DNA of 64,000 bases. Origin: Paraspadella gotoi (lineage: Eukaryota; Animalia; Chaetognatha). Location of the stretch: the NCBI GenBank assembly GCA_051294375.1, contig CM119263.1:13842414-13906413 (forward strand). The letters are read 5' to 3'. The position numbers were made by a program, and so were the translations under genes. Below, one piece after another: positions 12,677 through 26,964 of the stretch (positions are counted from its first letter, which is position 1; each line of letters begins with the position of its first letter). Below the pieces are notes generated by a model that was not told the origin of the DNA, did no database searches, and saw only the letters and a program-made list of their open reading frames with translations.

Positions 12677-15600
12677 CAGACTGATAGACAGACAGACGAC
12701 AGAAAGTGCTACTTTTCTGCTATAATAATATAATAATAAGTATAAAATAAAACAAACCTGTTAATGGATTTCAAACTTTTCGTTGTGAAAAAAAAATAAC
12801 TTAACAGGTAGAGAGAGCGTTTATAAAATTTCTTCCAATTTGGAGAACCGCTTTCGCGGTCGTCGAAAATAAAGGGGAAAAAAAAGAAAGAAGAACCACA
12901 ATGGATTTAATGAAGCCTCAAGGATGAAAACGAATTTGGGGAGATTTTTCATCTCTTTTTTCAAAGTAAATGATCCGGGCGGTTTTTAAAAAAATATTAA
13001 GGATTCGGCGGGGAGGAAACGGATTTGGTTCGAGGCTGATGGGGCTGTAGAAGTGACGATGAATACGACGATGAAGAAGATGTAGAAGATCCCTTCGCCG
13101 CGGAAGTCGACGCTTTTCTCATCGTGAAGAAAAGTTGGATGTAAAGAAAAAGAAGAAAATAAGAAATATTCAGTCGGAGGAGAATAGGAAGGAAAAAAAA
13201 GAATTATTTTGGTAAGGAATTTGTTAAAGAATCAGTGTGACTGAAGAAATAGTTAGGCGGTGAAGGATGTAAATGTATTATGTAAATGTGTAGATGTGAT
13301 ATGGGAAGAGATATCGGGATGCAGAGAGGAGGAAAAAGATATAAAGAATGGAAATAGATTTAAAGATGGAATTACTCGGTCGTGTCGAGAACGAGAATGC
13401 GCGGTTTATTATGCATGAGTTACATATTATTCGGCGGAAACGATGAGGTTTTCCGCGGTGCATTCGGAACACGACGACATAAGAGACGACGAGAATAGAG
13501 ACATCGACGTTTTCTCAAATTTGGAAACGATTTTCCCTTCAAACAAATTACGGTAACAATAACGTGGACGACGACCGTTCACTTTTTTTACTTTCTTTGT
13601 CGGATGGTGATTGGTGAAGGTTGAGGCACTGTTTAATATTTATTTTTCGTATTTTAATAAGTTTTGGATAAACGCTAATGTCTTGACGACGGCAACTGCT
13701 ATTACTGCTATTTTATATATAGCATATATATGTTTCTGTGACATCATCACCAATCACCATCCGTCTGGGTTCTGGTCAGTGACCCTTGTCATCGAGATTG
13801 ACCAAGACCGGCTAAAAAATCCACCGACCAGTGGCCCCTTAGCCTCTAACCCTCTGCCCCTTGAGCCGATGTAATGAAATTCCGATCGAACAGAACCAAA
13901 ATATTATTTATTTGGACGACGGAGGGAAAGATCGAGAATCCGAGAGACGAAGCTTTGTGAGACGAGTAAGAAGAATTGTTTTGTTTTAAAACGATAATGG
14001 CGACGACTAAACCTTTTTAATAATTATTAGTTAGAGGATGGAGTCATCAGTTTTAAGGGAAAATGGCAACCGCAATCTTAAGACAACGACAACGACGACG
14101 ACGACAAGCGGCGTCCATCTTGCTTGGCCCTCGCTGATCGCCGATCGCGCCAAAGACCACGCCCACGCCGCCGCGATCCCGATCGGCTCCCGAACGGCCG
14201 CGGGGTCAAACGCGGAGGCGGGGGGCGCCGATGACCCGGGCCAGATCCTGGTGACCCGGACGGGATGAGGAGGCGAAGAAGCGGAGATGAAAGAGGGAGG
14301 GGGCGAAGAGGGAGAGAGGTGGTGGAGGTGGGCGGGAGAAGCGGGTTCGGTGAAGCGTCGAATGATACATGGCTCGGAGGAGGTTAGAGGAGAAACATGT
14401 TGGGGAGGGGAGAAGAGAGGTTTGAGAAAGTGGATGACAAAGACGGGGGTTTAGCGATGACGACGGTAAAATTGGGTGTTGTGGACAACGAACCTCTTTC
14501 TTGATCGCTGCCACAGTGTATACTATACTGTATACTATACTATACTATATTATACTATACTGTACTATACTATACTGTATAGTGATGATCGGCGTCGACA
14601 AAAGATCTTAACAGAACCGATTCGAATCGTCCATCTGTCGCTGCGATGTAATGTAACGTCTTCGTCGGTCGTCGGTGCCTCCGCGCCGCCCCCGCTGCTG
14701 CCGATTCCCTCGGGAGCAGTTCCTTCGTATTTTCCGTCGCTTCATTAATCGGTAACGTTCATGTAAATGCGAATAATAGTCGTAAAAGGATAAACAAAAC
14801 CAAAGAGGAGACGACGACGACAGCGACGACGACGACGACGACGAAAAAATCGGACGTCACGACGACGACCGAGACGGACATGACGACGACGACGACCGAG
14901 ACGGACATAACGACGACCATATAGGATTTATGATAATCAAATGAGCGGGAAATCAGTGAAGCTTGTCCCATTATCTCCCTCCGCTTTTGGACGACGGTTA
15001 AAGTCGGACCGGTCGGTTTCCGGCGCCCTCCGTACGGGCGCGATTGGTTACGCGCGCATCTTGCGAGTTCTCGTCACACTAAAACTTATTAACGACACGA
15101 AGATAAAGTAGTAGATTGTAGAATGTACGATCGGATGATTGGATTCTGCACGGTTGACTGCCAATGACCCAATTCGATCGTGCGAATCACGAAGCGCGAA
15201 AATAAAAACAAATTATCGAGATCGACGACGATAATGATGACGACGACGACGACGGTAACGACGACCACGACAACAAAGAATTTGGGCCGCGACAGCGACA
15301 TATTTTTTTTCTCAGTACAATAAATGTTTTTTTTTCTATATAATTTCTTTCTTTTCACTTTTATTTTCGCCACTTTTTTTATGTTATTAGAATGAAATTC
15401 CTGTACTTTTACTTTTCTATAAAAGGAAAAAGTGAACAAAAAACCCCTATAAAGTTAATCGTCAATGGTCAGGTGATATTGCCGGAAATTCGCATTTATT
15501 CTATGCAAATAAACCCAATTTCCATTTTTATTCAATCTTTTTCCCCGTTCCCGTGGGAAGGGGGAGGTAGGGAAAGTTGTTGCAAGAAAATAACTCAATT

Positions 15601-15847
15601 GACTTTTTGGCATTTCGTGATTCATGATTCCTTCGGAGATTCATGACGCTTTTGTGAAAAAAACAGATTCACGGCCGAATTCTTTCTTTTTTTTTTTGCC
15701 CGAAGTTTTCTTTTTTTTTTCCTTTTAATGGGATTCGAGCCGGAGAATCTGAGAAAAATATGGAAAAAAAGGAGTAAAGAAACCAAAGTATATAAAAAAG
15801 CCAAGAAATAATGAAAAAAAATAAGGATAAAATAAGTATAGGTAAAT

Positions 15848-15848
15848 G

Positions 15849-15904
<56 letters not shown>

Positions 15905-15909
15905 TTATG

Positions 15910-15940
<31 letters not shown>

Positions 15941-15948
15941 TATTTATT

Positions 15949-15983
<35 letters not shown>

Positions 15984-15990
15984 TATTTAT
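15848..15990. repeat. Compound (AAT)n/(TATT)n microsatellite
   Basis: AAT run followed by a TATT run. Confidence 0.95.
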
Positions 15991-16829
15991 TCTATAAAAA
16001 CCTATCACGACCCTGTTCTTTTTTAAACTAAAATAAGATAAAAACTCAGACAGTGCTATCGCTTTCTATAACAACGCAACCGAGACCGTTCGGTTCCCGC
16101 CTTTTCTTTCGGAATCCAACTCGGAACTCAATCCGCCGTCGAGGGAGCGATTTTATTAATGCAAGGAGTTCACCGGCCTCAAGGTAGAAGGGTCGCGCCG
16201 GTCGCGGCGAAGGGGAACCTGAGAATAATTGTCATGGGGAAGAGTGGAAAACGCGAGGCGGGGGTTGGAGGTAGGGGGATTTAAAAGAAGGGGAACCGAG
16301 GAAAGAACGAGAGGAAAAAGTGATATTTATGTAGTAACGGACGATTGGAGATTTTGAATTAAACAATTAACTCGTTGTTCCTTCTATCTCAAAAAATCCG
16401 AGTTTGTGCTAAAAAAAAAAAAAAAAAACAAAACAAAAACAAGCTCTCGTCTAATGAGAGTTTTAGCGGTAATCATTGAACCTGCTCGACGGCAGCTATG
16501 TCAATATGGAATGAAGCGCTAGAGGTTGAAGATAATTCTTAAAAATGCATTTTTGAAAGAGACTGAGAATTTGCTAGAAACTAACGATGCCGTGATCCAA
16601 ATACGGATAAAAAATTGGAACTCGTTTAAAAGAAAGAGAAAGAGAAAGAGAGAGTGATAGAGAGTGAGAGAGGGAGAAAGAGTGAGACACAAAGAGGTGC
16701 GCTTCGGGCGTCCAACCGGAAAACAGGTAAGGCAATTTCTTAATCATCGTCCAGGTATTTCGATTTTTTTACTGCGCCTCCTATTCGTAAATGTCAAAGA
16801 CCTTTTGCACCTGTCAAATTACATGGAAA

Positions 16830-17310
16830 ATAAAAAAAGAAGAAAAGAAATGAAATGAAAAGAAAAGAAAAGAAAAGAAAAGAAAAGAAAAGAAAAGAAA
16901 AGAAAAGAAAAGAAAAGAAAAGAAAAGAAAAAAATGTGAAAAAAGAAAAGAAAAGAAAAGGAAAAAAAATGGGAAAAACTAAAAGAAAAGAAAATGAAAA
17001 AAACGGGGAAAAAAAGAAAAGAAAAGACTCGAAAAGAAAAGAATAGATCAAAAGAAAAGAAAAGAAAAGAAAAGAAAAAAATGGGAAAAAATAAAAGAAA
17101 AAAGAAAAAAAACGGGAAAAAAGAAAAGAAAAGACTCGAAAAGAAATGAATAGATCAAAAGAAAAGAAAAGAATAGAAAAAAAAATGGGAAAAAAGAAAA
17201 GAAAAGAAAAGAAAAAAAATGGGAAAAAATAAAAGAAAATAAAATAAAAAAAACGGGGAAAAAAAGAAAAGAAAATACTGGAAAAGAAAAGAATAGATCA
17301 AAAAAAAAGG
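16830..17310. repeat. (AAAAG)n microsatellite grading into a ~110-bp purine-rich tandem repeat
   Basis: AAAAG run, then repeated blocks containing GACTCGAAAAGAAA.GAATAGATCAAAA. Confidence 0.9.
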
Positions 17311-19779
17311 AATGATAAATCAATATAGTCATATAAATCAATATATATCAATATAGTCCAATTCTCGTTCACTACATTTCCGTCTCAATTTAACAATCTA
17401 TTTTTGAAAAGAAACTCTTTCAATATAAAACTTTTTGCGAGATATGTATTTACACATCAATAGAAAAAATCTCAATCTAAACAAACGTGACGTCAATGAG
17501 CTGCAATCGCAGCGATCGCTGCAGTGTCGACTGACGCAGCGGAGGCTGCCGAAGGTGCTTCGGATGTTCCCGCTTTTAGCCTGGGTGCCGCTGCTGTCGG
17601 CCGCGGGTTTTACTTTGGCGCCCTTGTCGATTTCGCTGCTGATGGAGCCTTGGATGGAGAGGGAGGGTAGGAAGGAGGGAGGGAGGGAGAAAAGGGGAAA
17701 AGACGTTAAAAATTAATGGCCGAAAGTTGTTAAGTTACCGCGTGTCTTTTTAACGCGCGTTTTAGACATAAAGCTGATTTGCTTTAGAAGAGCAAGAAAA
17801 AAAAGACAGACAGAGAGAAAGAGACAGTCCGTGTCCCCTCGGATTTTTAAAATTGTCCCCCCCCCCAAAAAAAAAAAATTCAATATAGGAAGGAAAAAAA
17901 ATTACCTTAGAAGCTGCCGCAGCTTAATTGAAATCAAGTTTCGGTCTCCTTTTTTGAAAAACTGAGGAATTCGGTGGAAGACATCGATTTCGCTGATTTC
18001 AAATGAGACTCTCTCCCATGACCTCGACCATTTTGAAGAAGACGATTGGTTAATCGGCCCAGACATCAGTCGTTTGATTCGTCCGCTCCATCGTTAATTA
18101 GTCCCGTCTTTGATGATGAAGAAAAAGGGATTATCTCTCAAAGAATCAGAAATTCGAGGGCGAAAAAGTCGCCAAACAAAGTGGAAGATGAAACGTGACA
18201 TTATATATCCAAAGTCCCTATCCATCTCAGGTTAAATCTTCTCACAATATCCATGCTGACTGTAAGAGTTTCATTTCTTAAAAACAATTATCAAGGAAAA
18301 TGTTTTGTAAAGTTATTAAGAATTTTTCTGAAGCGGTGAAACTTTGTATTATCACTATCATTTTTAAAGTTCACAAATTGAAAAATCTTAATTAGTTTTC
18401 TTGATGCTGCTCGCTTTTTAATAGCATAAAAAATCTTATGCATTATGCAAATGATAAATAAACGAAATTAGTGCGATAAATTTTCTGAGAAAAAAAAAAA
18501 ACCTCGAGTTGTGGGCGAATCGATACAAAGGATAATGAATAATGCAACGACGGGCGACCGACGATCTCTTTCTTTGTTCACCGACTTTTTTTAATATCTA
18601 TTTAAATTCCTTCACCGTATAAACATAGTTTTTTATCGTCTGGTTAATGCAGCGGATACACACGATAATCGTCAGAGATTTGCGACCACAAATTTTTTTT
18701 TAAAATCGCGTTTTTCGCCGCCTTTCGTGTAGGCCTATAAATAGAAATCGGAGGGTGACTCGTGGCCTTTTGGCTTGGATGATAGGTTTCGGTCGTTCTA
18801 CTTATGAGACTTTCAGCTTAAGATTACTGGGCCCTACTAGGTTGAAATAGAATAGAAAGGAAGGCTGTATTCAATAGAATGGAGCACTCGAGAACAAGTA
18901 ATTTATTTGAATGATCAAACAAGGATATTTAGATGTGAGATAGTATGATTAACTAGTACAAAAGATATTTTGTTCATATTGTCTCGGGAACAGAATAGTA
19001 AAATATATATTTGTAATAATATTCTTATAAAATAGTAAATTTTAAAAATATTTTATTTTAGACTTTTAATAAAACTTCAGATTCTTCATAAAAAGTTGAA
19101 TCAAAAATATAAAACATGTTATCATAAATTCTGTCATCTTCAGCATTTAAAACGGGAAAAAAAGGTAAAAATTCATGACTTTTCTATTCTCTGTTATAAA
19201 AACTTAACTTAAAACGTTTTAGTCATTTTTTGCGGTCTAAACATTAAATTATTATATAACATATTTTATAAATGTTTCCTAGTTTTTTAGGGTGAAATCT
19301 GTTCTTAAAAATAAAATTAAAAATATTTTTAAATTTAATAATTTATAAGAATATTACTACATAAATAATTCAATTTACTATACTGTTAATGTATTAATTT
19401 ATTAATATATTGTTATGCTAAAAATATTTTTTAAAGGATTTAAAATTCGTTAATTACATGTCCATAGGTAGCAAAAAAATAATGTTCAATAACTCACTCT
19501 TTTCATCACTCCTCCCAAGTATGCAACGTTTTAACAGGAAATTCACCTCTTCTTGTTGATTTTGTTATCCACCACAGATCCTTCATTCGCACTCGCACAA
19601 AAATTTTCTTGTACCTGGCCGACAATTGACAAATGACGGGAGGCTCCGTGGCAAATCGCGCGCTCTCTCTTCTCAAATGCGGAAATTGAAAGGCCTCACC
19701 TCCGCTGACTCAAATTTCTCCGGGTCTTGTGGATTAAGATGCCTTCGCTGCTGCAGCAACAGAAGCGCCTGTGGCATTG

Positions 19780-19840
<61 letters not shown>

Positions 19841-22800
19841 CTTTCTTTTCCTTCTCACTCTTCGGCGTGGGTGGAAGCGAAGAAGTTGGTCGTGTGGGAG
19901 TAGACTCAGCGTCTCGAGGCAGGGCGTCGACGCCTTTTGTTTTTTTCACTTTTCGTTTAGATTTCTTTTTTTTTATTTCGCGTCAGGACATTCTGTTGTA
20001 ATGAGATGAAGGCGTTGTAATTAAATCTCTCGAAAGTTAAAAACTTTCACATATTTCTTCCAAGAATTAATTCTACAAACCCTTGATTTCGATCTTGCGA
20101 TGATTCGCCTGTTTGATAAACTTTAATTTGCATATTGCAGTCTTCCACAAAGTCAATCGTGCCGCGAGGCTCTCTAATCCGTTTCGAGTACCACTTGTTC
20201 TCTTTTCGAAAGCCACTTTATCTTTTCGACGCTGGAGGGGGTTCGTGGTCACGAAACAAAACTTTTTTTTTCGATCAGAGCAAAGTGAGAAAGTCAAAAG
20301 CTCGATCTCTTTTTTTCATTTCACGTATTCCTCCTGGTTTCTTCCAGAACTTTTGAGAGGCCATTGCCGTAGCCGTAGCGGCCGCTGTAGCGCTGTTGTA
20401 TATGCTGTTGCTGCCTCCGCCCCAGTTGCTATGGCAGCTGGAGTTGGCTGGCTCTTTCGATCCTGCGGTTGAGGTTACATCTTTCAAAATCTGAAGTAAA
20501 GAGTTTCGACTTTAGATTCTGAACATGAAAAAAACTTAAGTAGTCACAGCTGAGTTTGGTGAGGGGGAGGAAATAGGGAAGGTGGGAGAAGAAGGGAAAA
20601 GAAACGGTGAAGAAAGGAAAATAGAATATAAGGAGTGAGACAGGTTAAAAAGAAAAGACAGTCGATTTGAATGTAGGCACGGGATGGAAATTTGTGACTA
20701 ATTGATAGATGAAATACGGTAAAATAATGAGAATGTGACGAGAAGATAAAATTTGAAAGTAGGAGATAACATTTTTACAGTTTTTATAAGCCTAAGGAAC
20801 AAAAGCGTGAATAATAAGGATTACGATTGTGAACCATAAAAAAAATCGAAAAATTAATAACATCTTATTCAAAGAAAAGATGAATTTGGATAGTAACAAA
20901 AACCAGTCAGAGTCAGACCCAACTACCTCGAACTCGAGCTTCAGATACAATTTAGAGAGCGAATCATATCTAAATCTTCGAAATTTAGACAAAGAAATCG
21001 TGTTTGAATTAATTCAACACGTCAAAGAGACACCCACAACGCAGCTCATTGGCTTTTCGTTACGTAAGACGATTAGGGGAGAAAAAAATCCCCAGTTAAA
21101 AAAAGGGAATATAATGGAGTGGGAGTGACGTCCCTTAATCGCCGAAAAGAGCTCGTCGGGTATCAACGAGAAGGAAAGAAGATTTATTTGTGGGAAAACT
21201 ATTTTTTTTTCCCTTTGTAAAAATTCGAATATTAACCCTGTGTCTGTGACAAAGGGAAAACTTTTCTCGTCGAAATATAGTGGTCAGTGTCGCATTAATG
21301 TTACGTGTCAACCGAAGCTCGCGATAACTCCTCGCGAGGACAATAATGAACTAGAACTGTCTTTCGATTAATAGATGTAAAGAAAAATTTAAAAAAAAAT
21401 CGTGATCAAAGTTTATTTTATGATTCATCAAAGATAGAAATTTCATTAATGATCAAAAAGACCCAGCCCGCGCCCGAGGGCCTTCAGCTGAGCCACAAAT
21501 GGGATCGCGTCTTTTTCCCCCTTGAATTTTTTCGGTTTTTCTATCGAGGCATCTGAATCATCGCCAACCATAATATTTCTTGGAATCACATTTAACTCCC
21601 CGCCATTTATTATCGGTCAGGGCCAAAAAGGGGAAATTTTAAAAAGAAATCCTAATTCCTCCGCGGACCTCCGACGTCGAGTCAGAACATCTAATACGTC
21701 TTCAAACTTTAGAGTAAATTGAAACTGAACTAATGAATACTGACAACTATGAATCTCTTTTTCTTTAAAAGAAAAAAAACCTAACCGAACAGTCACAAAA
21801 AAAAAAAAAAAAAATTCCCGTCAAGTGTCGAGATTTAAGGCCGAATTTCAAAGCCTGGATTTTTTTTAAAGGCGGGGAGAAGTATATATAAAAAGACTTT
21901 TGAATGAAGAAAAACAAAAAAATAACAAGTGAAAACCTATGTATGAAAAAAAATTGTTTTGTTACAAAATATTTGTAAACGAATTAGGTGAGAAAATAAA
22001 AAAAAGATAACCCAGAAAATTTATGAATGCTCATACTTGTCACAAAACCTAGTAGTACAACTTAAGTGTGTTGTTTTTTCTTAGGAATCTAAAAAATAGT
22101 GCGATAAAATCGGTTTAGTCTTAAAGAATGCCAATCTTCTTACTTCACATAAAAGGATTATTAGTTTTAATGAGAAGTCGGGACTGGATCCACCCAGCTT
22201 TTCTTTTCTCCCGTTCTCTCCTTTTCTCATTGTAAACTTATTATTCAAACACCTGACAAAAACATGAACCTTAAGGGAAAATACTGATTCGCGAAAAGTA
22301 TATTTATAATCACCACTGAAATCTATACTCGTAGACATTTTGAATATTTTATTTACTTAAATTGAAAAAGATAAATAATTAGAAATATTTAGAAAGAGAG
22401 AAAAATAAAGAGCCTCGGCTAGAACGGAGTACGACGAGTACCTCCCTCTGGAAACGATATCTTACAGTCAAAATTCTCAGTGACGCAAAACTGGTGGACG
22501 AACAGACATTATATATTTGTTTTAACAATTTTTAATAATAATTTTGTCCCGATTGTGCAGATTTTTTGCCGAGAAAAATAACAATCAAGGCGATTTATTT
22601 TCCTTATATACTATTTATTTTAAGCAGAACCGGTCTTTGAAAACCCGTTTTGAGATTCGATGACATATAATAAAGAAAAAATAAAAATAGGCCATTGATC
22701 TCGCTTATTACTTGGAAGTACGTAGTAGTAATAGAGTATTTAAAAATTAATTTTAATTTTAATGCTATGGTAATTCAGCGATGAATATCGGTGACGATGC

Positions 22801-22929
22801 ATTAGGTGTCTTTATTAGCCAGTTAATTAGATATGCAAGGATATGTTCAAAATTTACCAATTTTTTTCAACAAGGGCAATTAATTTAAGCAAAAACTAAA
22901 AAAAATTGGGTTATAAATATAAAGACTTT

Positions 22930-23250
22930 AGAAATTTTTTTTTCCAGTATGTATCACTATCAGAGCAAACGATTCTACTTAGTAGTCTTATCCTTAAAAT
23001 AAAAAAAAAATCAAACCAAAGCCTGTCCAAAGTCAGGGGCAAGATAGCTTATTTATTAAATGAATGGATAATTTTTATATTGGTTGTACCAATTTCATAA
23101 ACTTAATCCCCCAAAAAATTACCCATTCCCATTACCCATTCACCCTTTTAGATATTATGACTTTATGAGGTTCTCATTCATGATTTACTTACAGAAATGA
23201 TGTGTGATATTTATTTAGAAACAAGTAATTTTGCAATTTTCATATCCTTT
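22930..23250 (+). repeat. Dispersed repeat family A, copy carrying an inserted family-B unit
   Basis: CCAGTATGTATC.CTATC.GAGCA, TTATGAGGTTCTCATT.ATGATTT, ATGATGTGTGATAT.TATTTAGAAA and AAACAAGTAATTTTGCAATTTT are shared with 36450-36900. Confidence 0.85.
23013..23098 (+). repeat. ~86-bp dispersed repeat family B ending in the TTGGT-TGT-ACCAA palindrome
   Basis: Near-identical to the reverse complement of ~56277-56360; the ORF track gives the same peptide QSLSKVRGKIAYLLNEWIIFILVVPIS for both. A diverged copy lies at ~9853-9930 (-). Confidence 0.9.
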
Positions 23251-24516
23251 TTCGGTCATCCTAATGGATACTTGGATAGTTTTTAAAAAAACAACAACGA
23301 CCACAAACACAACCCCTCGATATTCTGAGATCCGACTTCCGTTTCCTTTAATTCGAAATTGAATCTTATTGGTTTCTCTGGGTGAAAATTATGGGAGGAA
23401 CTGACTTTGGTCGGATTCGCTCTGGCTCGCCCACGCCGGGAGATGTTCGGGTTACGATCGAGGGAAATCGTGAATACGTTAAATATCGTCAGGGGGAGGG
23501 GCGCCCTCGTTGCAAGGGGGGGGCGGGGGGAACAAGAGCTGACTTTAGGTGTGTTTAAAAGTGGTAAATGTATTCATAAAAGGTAAAGCTTATATCACCT
23601 CCTTTTTCAGTCGAGGGGATAACTGATTTTGAGATACTTATTTTCATTCGTTAGTTAGTAAACGGGAAATCAAAGAACAAAAGAGAACCAAAAATTTGGT
23701 CGTCAATCTGATATGAAATTGGTAAAACAATTTTGGTAGTAGTTATGGAGCGTTTTAATCTTTTATCTCCATTCTTTTCAATTACAGAGGTGGGACCATA
23801 TATCCGGACAAAATTTTAAAAATTATTGCTCTAAAATATGATTGAATATTCAAATTTTTCTTTTAGCTTTCAGTTGAATGCAATACATTGAAATACACTG
23901 ATTATAATGTAGCATTAGGATGTAGCAAAGACAACTACTCTGTATTCTCTGAGCGCTTTTAATACTTTTTGTTTGATGCTATTCTCAAGTATAAAATTAT
24001 TGACAAAAGCACTTATTTATAGTAAGTGCTTTTGCTTGCCTCTGGCACGTTATACATACTATACAGAGGGTTTTTGTTAAAAAGTTTGCTCCGGAAACTG
24101 ACGTCATAAACGTGAAGCGAAAAATTCTAGCAACGAAGGTGAAGGCCGCGAGGAAATAAATGAGATGGGGCATTATATATATCGAGTATTTTTTATCAAC
24201 GTTTGACGCTGATGAAATACGTACGAGCCAGCGATTGGAGTTTTCCGTTTCCGATGCCGAAACGAGAACTGAATTTTTAAAGCGACGTTGCACTGGATTA
24301 GTTTTGAGGCAAATTTTCTTTTACAATTTTCTTTTACAACTTGGTAAAACAATTTATTAAAACTGACAATAATTAAGGTAAAATTATTTTTCAAGGTTAC
24401 TAAACTTTTCATTAACATTCACATTTCAATCACTGTCCTTTCCGATGGTGAGTGTCAAAATAATCGATAAGATATAAAACTTTTCTGCGTCACTGGGAAT
24501 ATTCTCGTCAGAAAAT

Positions 24517-25959
24517 TTTTAATCGAGCCTTGACCGCGAAGCCGGGTCAGGCTCTATAATGTTTTAGGGTTGCTTCTTTGTGACGTAGTCGTCGTCGTCG
24601 TCGTCGTCGTCCGTCACGCTGTTTTCATATATAAAAACTACTACGCTTTTATAGGTTTGGCGGTGACTTACCGTTTTTTTTAAAATAAAAATTATTATGA
24701 ATTATGATAAAGTTTTACAAAAGTGTGCGATCATAGTAAGTTAAAAATTTAGATATGGCTTTTCAATCTTGAAATAGCTGTGATATTTTCATATTACATT
24801 TGGATTTAAGTATTTTTTGTTTGAATTTCCACTTCATTATGATTTACTGCAATATGCAAATGAGATTAAAGTACTTATAATATCCAAATTAGTAATATAG
24901 AAATGCTTTAATCTAATTTACATATTGGCAGTATATAATATTGAAGATGAAATTAAAAAAATTTGTTTTAAAATTTTTAATAAAAATGGGAACTCAAGGA
25001 ATTTTTTTAATGAGAAGCTATATCTTAATTTTAATACAAATATAAAATTAAATCTTTTACAAAAGCTGCGATTGGAAAAAATTGGAAAAATTTCCAATTG
25101 TAAACAATTGTAACATATTTTTGCCTTTTCTTTTTATTTTTTAAATTATATATAGATTTTCTTTCTTTATATTGTTCAGTTGCTGCTTTTTCTGAACCCT
25201 TAAAAACGAGTTTAGGTTCTGCAGTGACTGTTCAGCTGGCTTCCAGCTTTCTCTTCTTTCTGTCTCTTTGTCTCTCTTTTCTCTTTCTGTCTCTCTTTCT
25301 CTCTCTTTCTGTCTCTCTCACTCTGTACGATCGTTCGTTTTTTGAAAATTCTGATTATTTTTTTCCTTCTCAAAACTTTTATTATCGCTAATTTATTCCG
25401 CGCTTTTTTTTTCAAATACAAAATCCCAAATTTATATCCGAGATATAATTGGAAAGAAATTCGGTTTTTTCTTTCTTTCATCTCTCTCTCTCTCTCTCTC
25501 TCTCTTTTATTATTTTTTAAAAAAATGAAGAATAACTTATAATGATATGCATTATCACATATAAATCAGCTAATGTGACCTATTATATATGCAGCACTTT
25601 CGGCCGAATAATATAATTGCATGCATCACATTATAAAAAAAAAATTTTTGTTTTTATTTATTATTGCAACTTTGGACGCGGTTGGCCCACTATTGGCAAA
25701 TTATATCTAAATAGGAGTTGATAAGAGAGATATAGTCAAATTAAACATTATTTTTTTGTTATGTCTGATAATTTGTACTATTATTAAATTATAAATATTT
25801 TTAGTGTATATATTTAATCATTTTTAACTTTTTTTTAAATAATAATTATTTGAGTTGTGATAACTATTTATAAAATTAATTAAATATGGCAAATATTAAA
25901 TTGACCTCGGTCTGGTTTCTTCCTAAAAAAAGAACAATCTTTTTCTCTCTATCTCTCTT

Positions 25960-26008
<49 letters not shown>

Positions 26009-26585
26009 TTCCTTCTAAAAACTTTTATTATCGCCATTTATTCCGAGATTTTCGTGGATTTTTCCTTCTAAAAACTTTTATTATCGCCATTATATTATTT
26101 TATCTCATACAAAAATCCCAAAAATACAATAACTTACTTAACCTAGATTTCGTGGTCGTTGCGGAGCAACAAGTAAACAATGTCAGGAACATGACCTAAT
26201 AACGCGTTACGTGTATATTAAAAAAAAATCAACATAGACCCAATTTCACGACGCCGTTGCGAGGCAACGGATAACCGATATAAACGAGAGTGACCATATA
26301 ATGCGTCTCGTTGGTGGGAAAACTCTCTCTCTCTCTCTTCTTTCTCACTCTTTCTCTCTCTCATCTCTCTCTCTCTCTCCTCCTCTCTCTTCTCTCTCTC
26401 TCTCTCTCTCTTTTTTTCCTTCTAAAAACTTTTATTATCGCCATTTATTCCGCGCTTTTTTCTCATACAAAATCACAAAATTTACATCCGAGATTTCGTG
26501 GATTTTTTTCTAAAAATTCTGATTATTCTTTATATAAACGAGAGAGACCTAATAATGCGTTTTCGTTGGCGGGAAAACTGTCCAG

Positions 26586-26656
<71 letters not shown>

Positions 26657-26964
26657 ACTCAAACACGCATTTGTTTGTTTTATTTACGATGAATGATTCA
26701 GCGCGTCAATGAATACTATCATCGCATCAATGAATGACTATATCATACGTATCAATGAATGATATCATCATATCAATGAATGACTATCAATCGCATCAAA
26801 TCATTTGATTATCATCACATCAGTCATTTTGTTATCATCGCATCAATTATTGGTTATCATCGCGTCAATATTTGGTTATCATCGCATCAATATTTGGTTA
26901 TCATCGCATCAATATTTGGTTACTATCGAAAGCGGCTCGATCTTTATGCTTTTAAGATTTTTTT
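24517..26964 (+). mobile_element. Non-autonomous Helentron-associated element (HINE/DINE-1-like), ~2.4 kb
   Basis: Subterminal inverted repeats ATCGAGCC (24522-24529) and GGCTCGAT (26934-26941); 5' hairpin GAGCCTTGACC-GCGAAGC-CGGGTCAGGCTC; (GTC)n microsatellite at ~24588-24612; internal tandem repeats (TTCCTTCTAAAAACTTTTATTATCGCCAT x4 and an ATCATCGCATCAAT array at 26718-26920); 3' stem-loop ATCTTTATGCTTTTAAGAT; T-runs on both sides. Confidence 0.75.

Noticed and set aside
26718-26925. Regularly spaced ATCATCGCATCAAT repeats as a CRISPR-like array
   Set aside because: Units are ~21-bp tandem copies without unique spacers, inside a HINE-like element in eukaryotic DNA with no cas genes.
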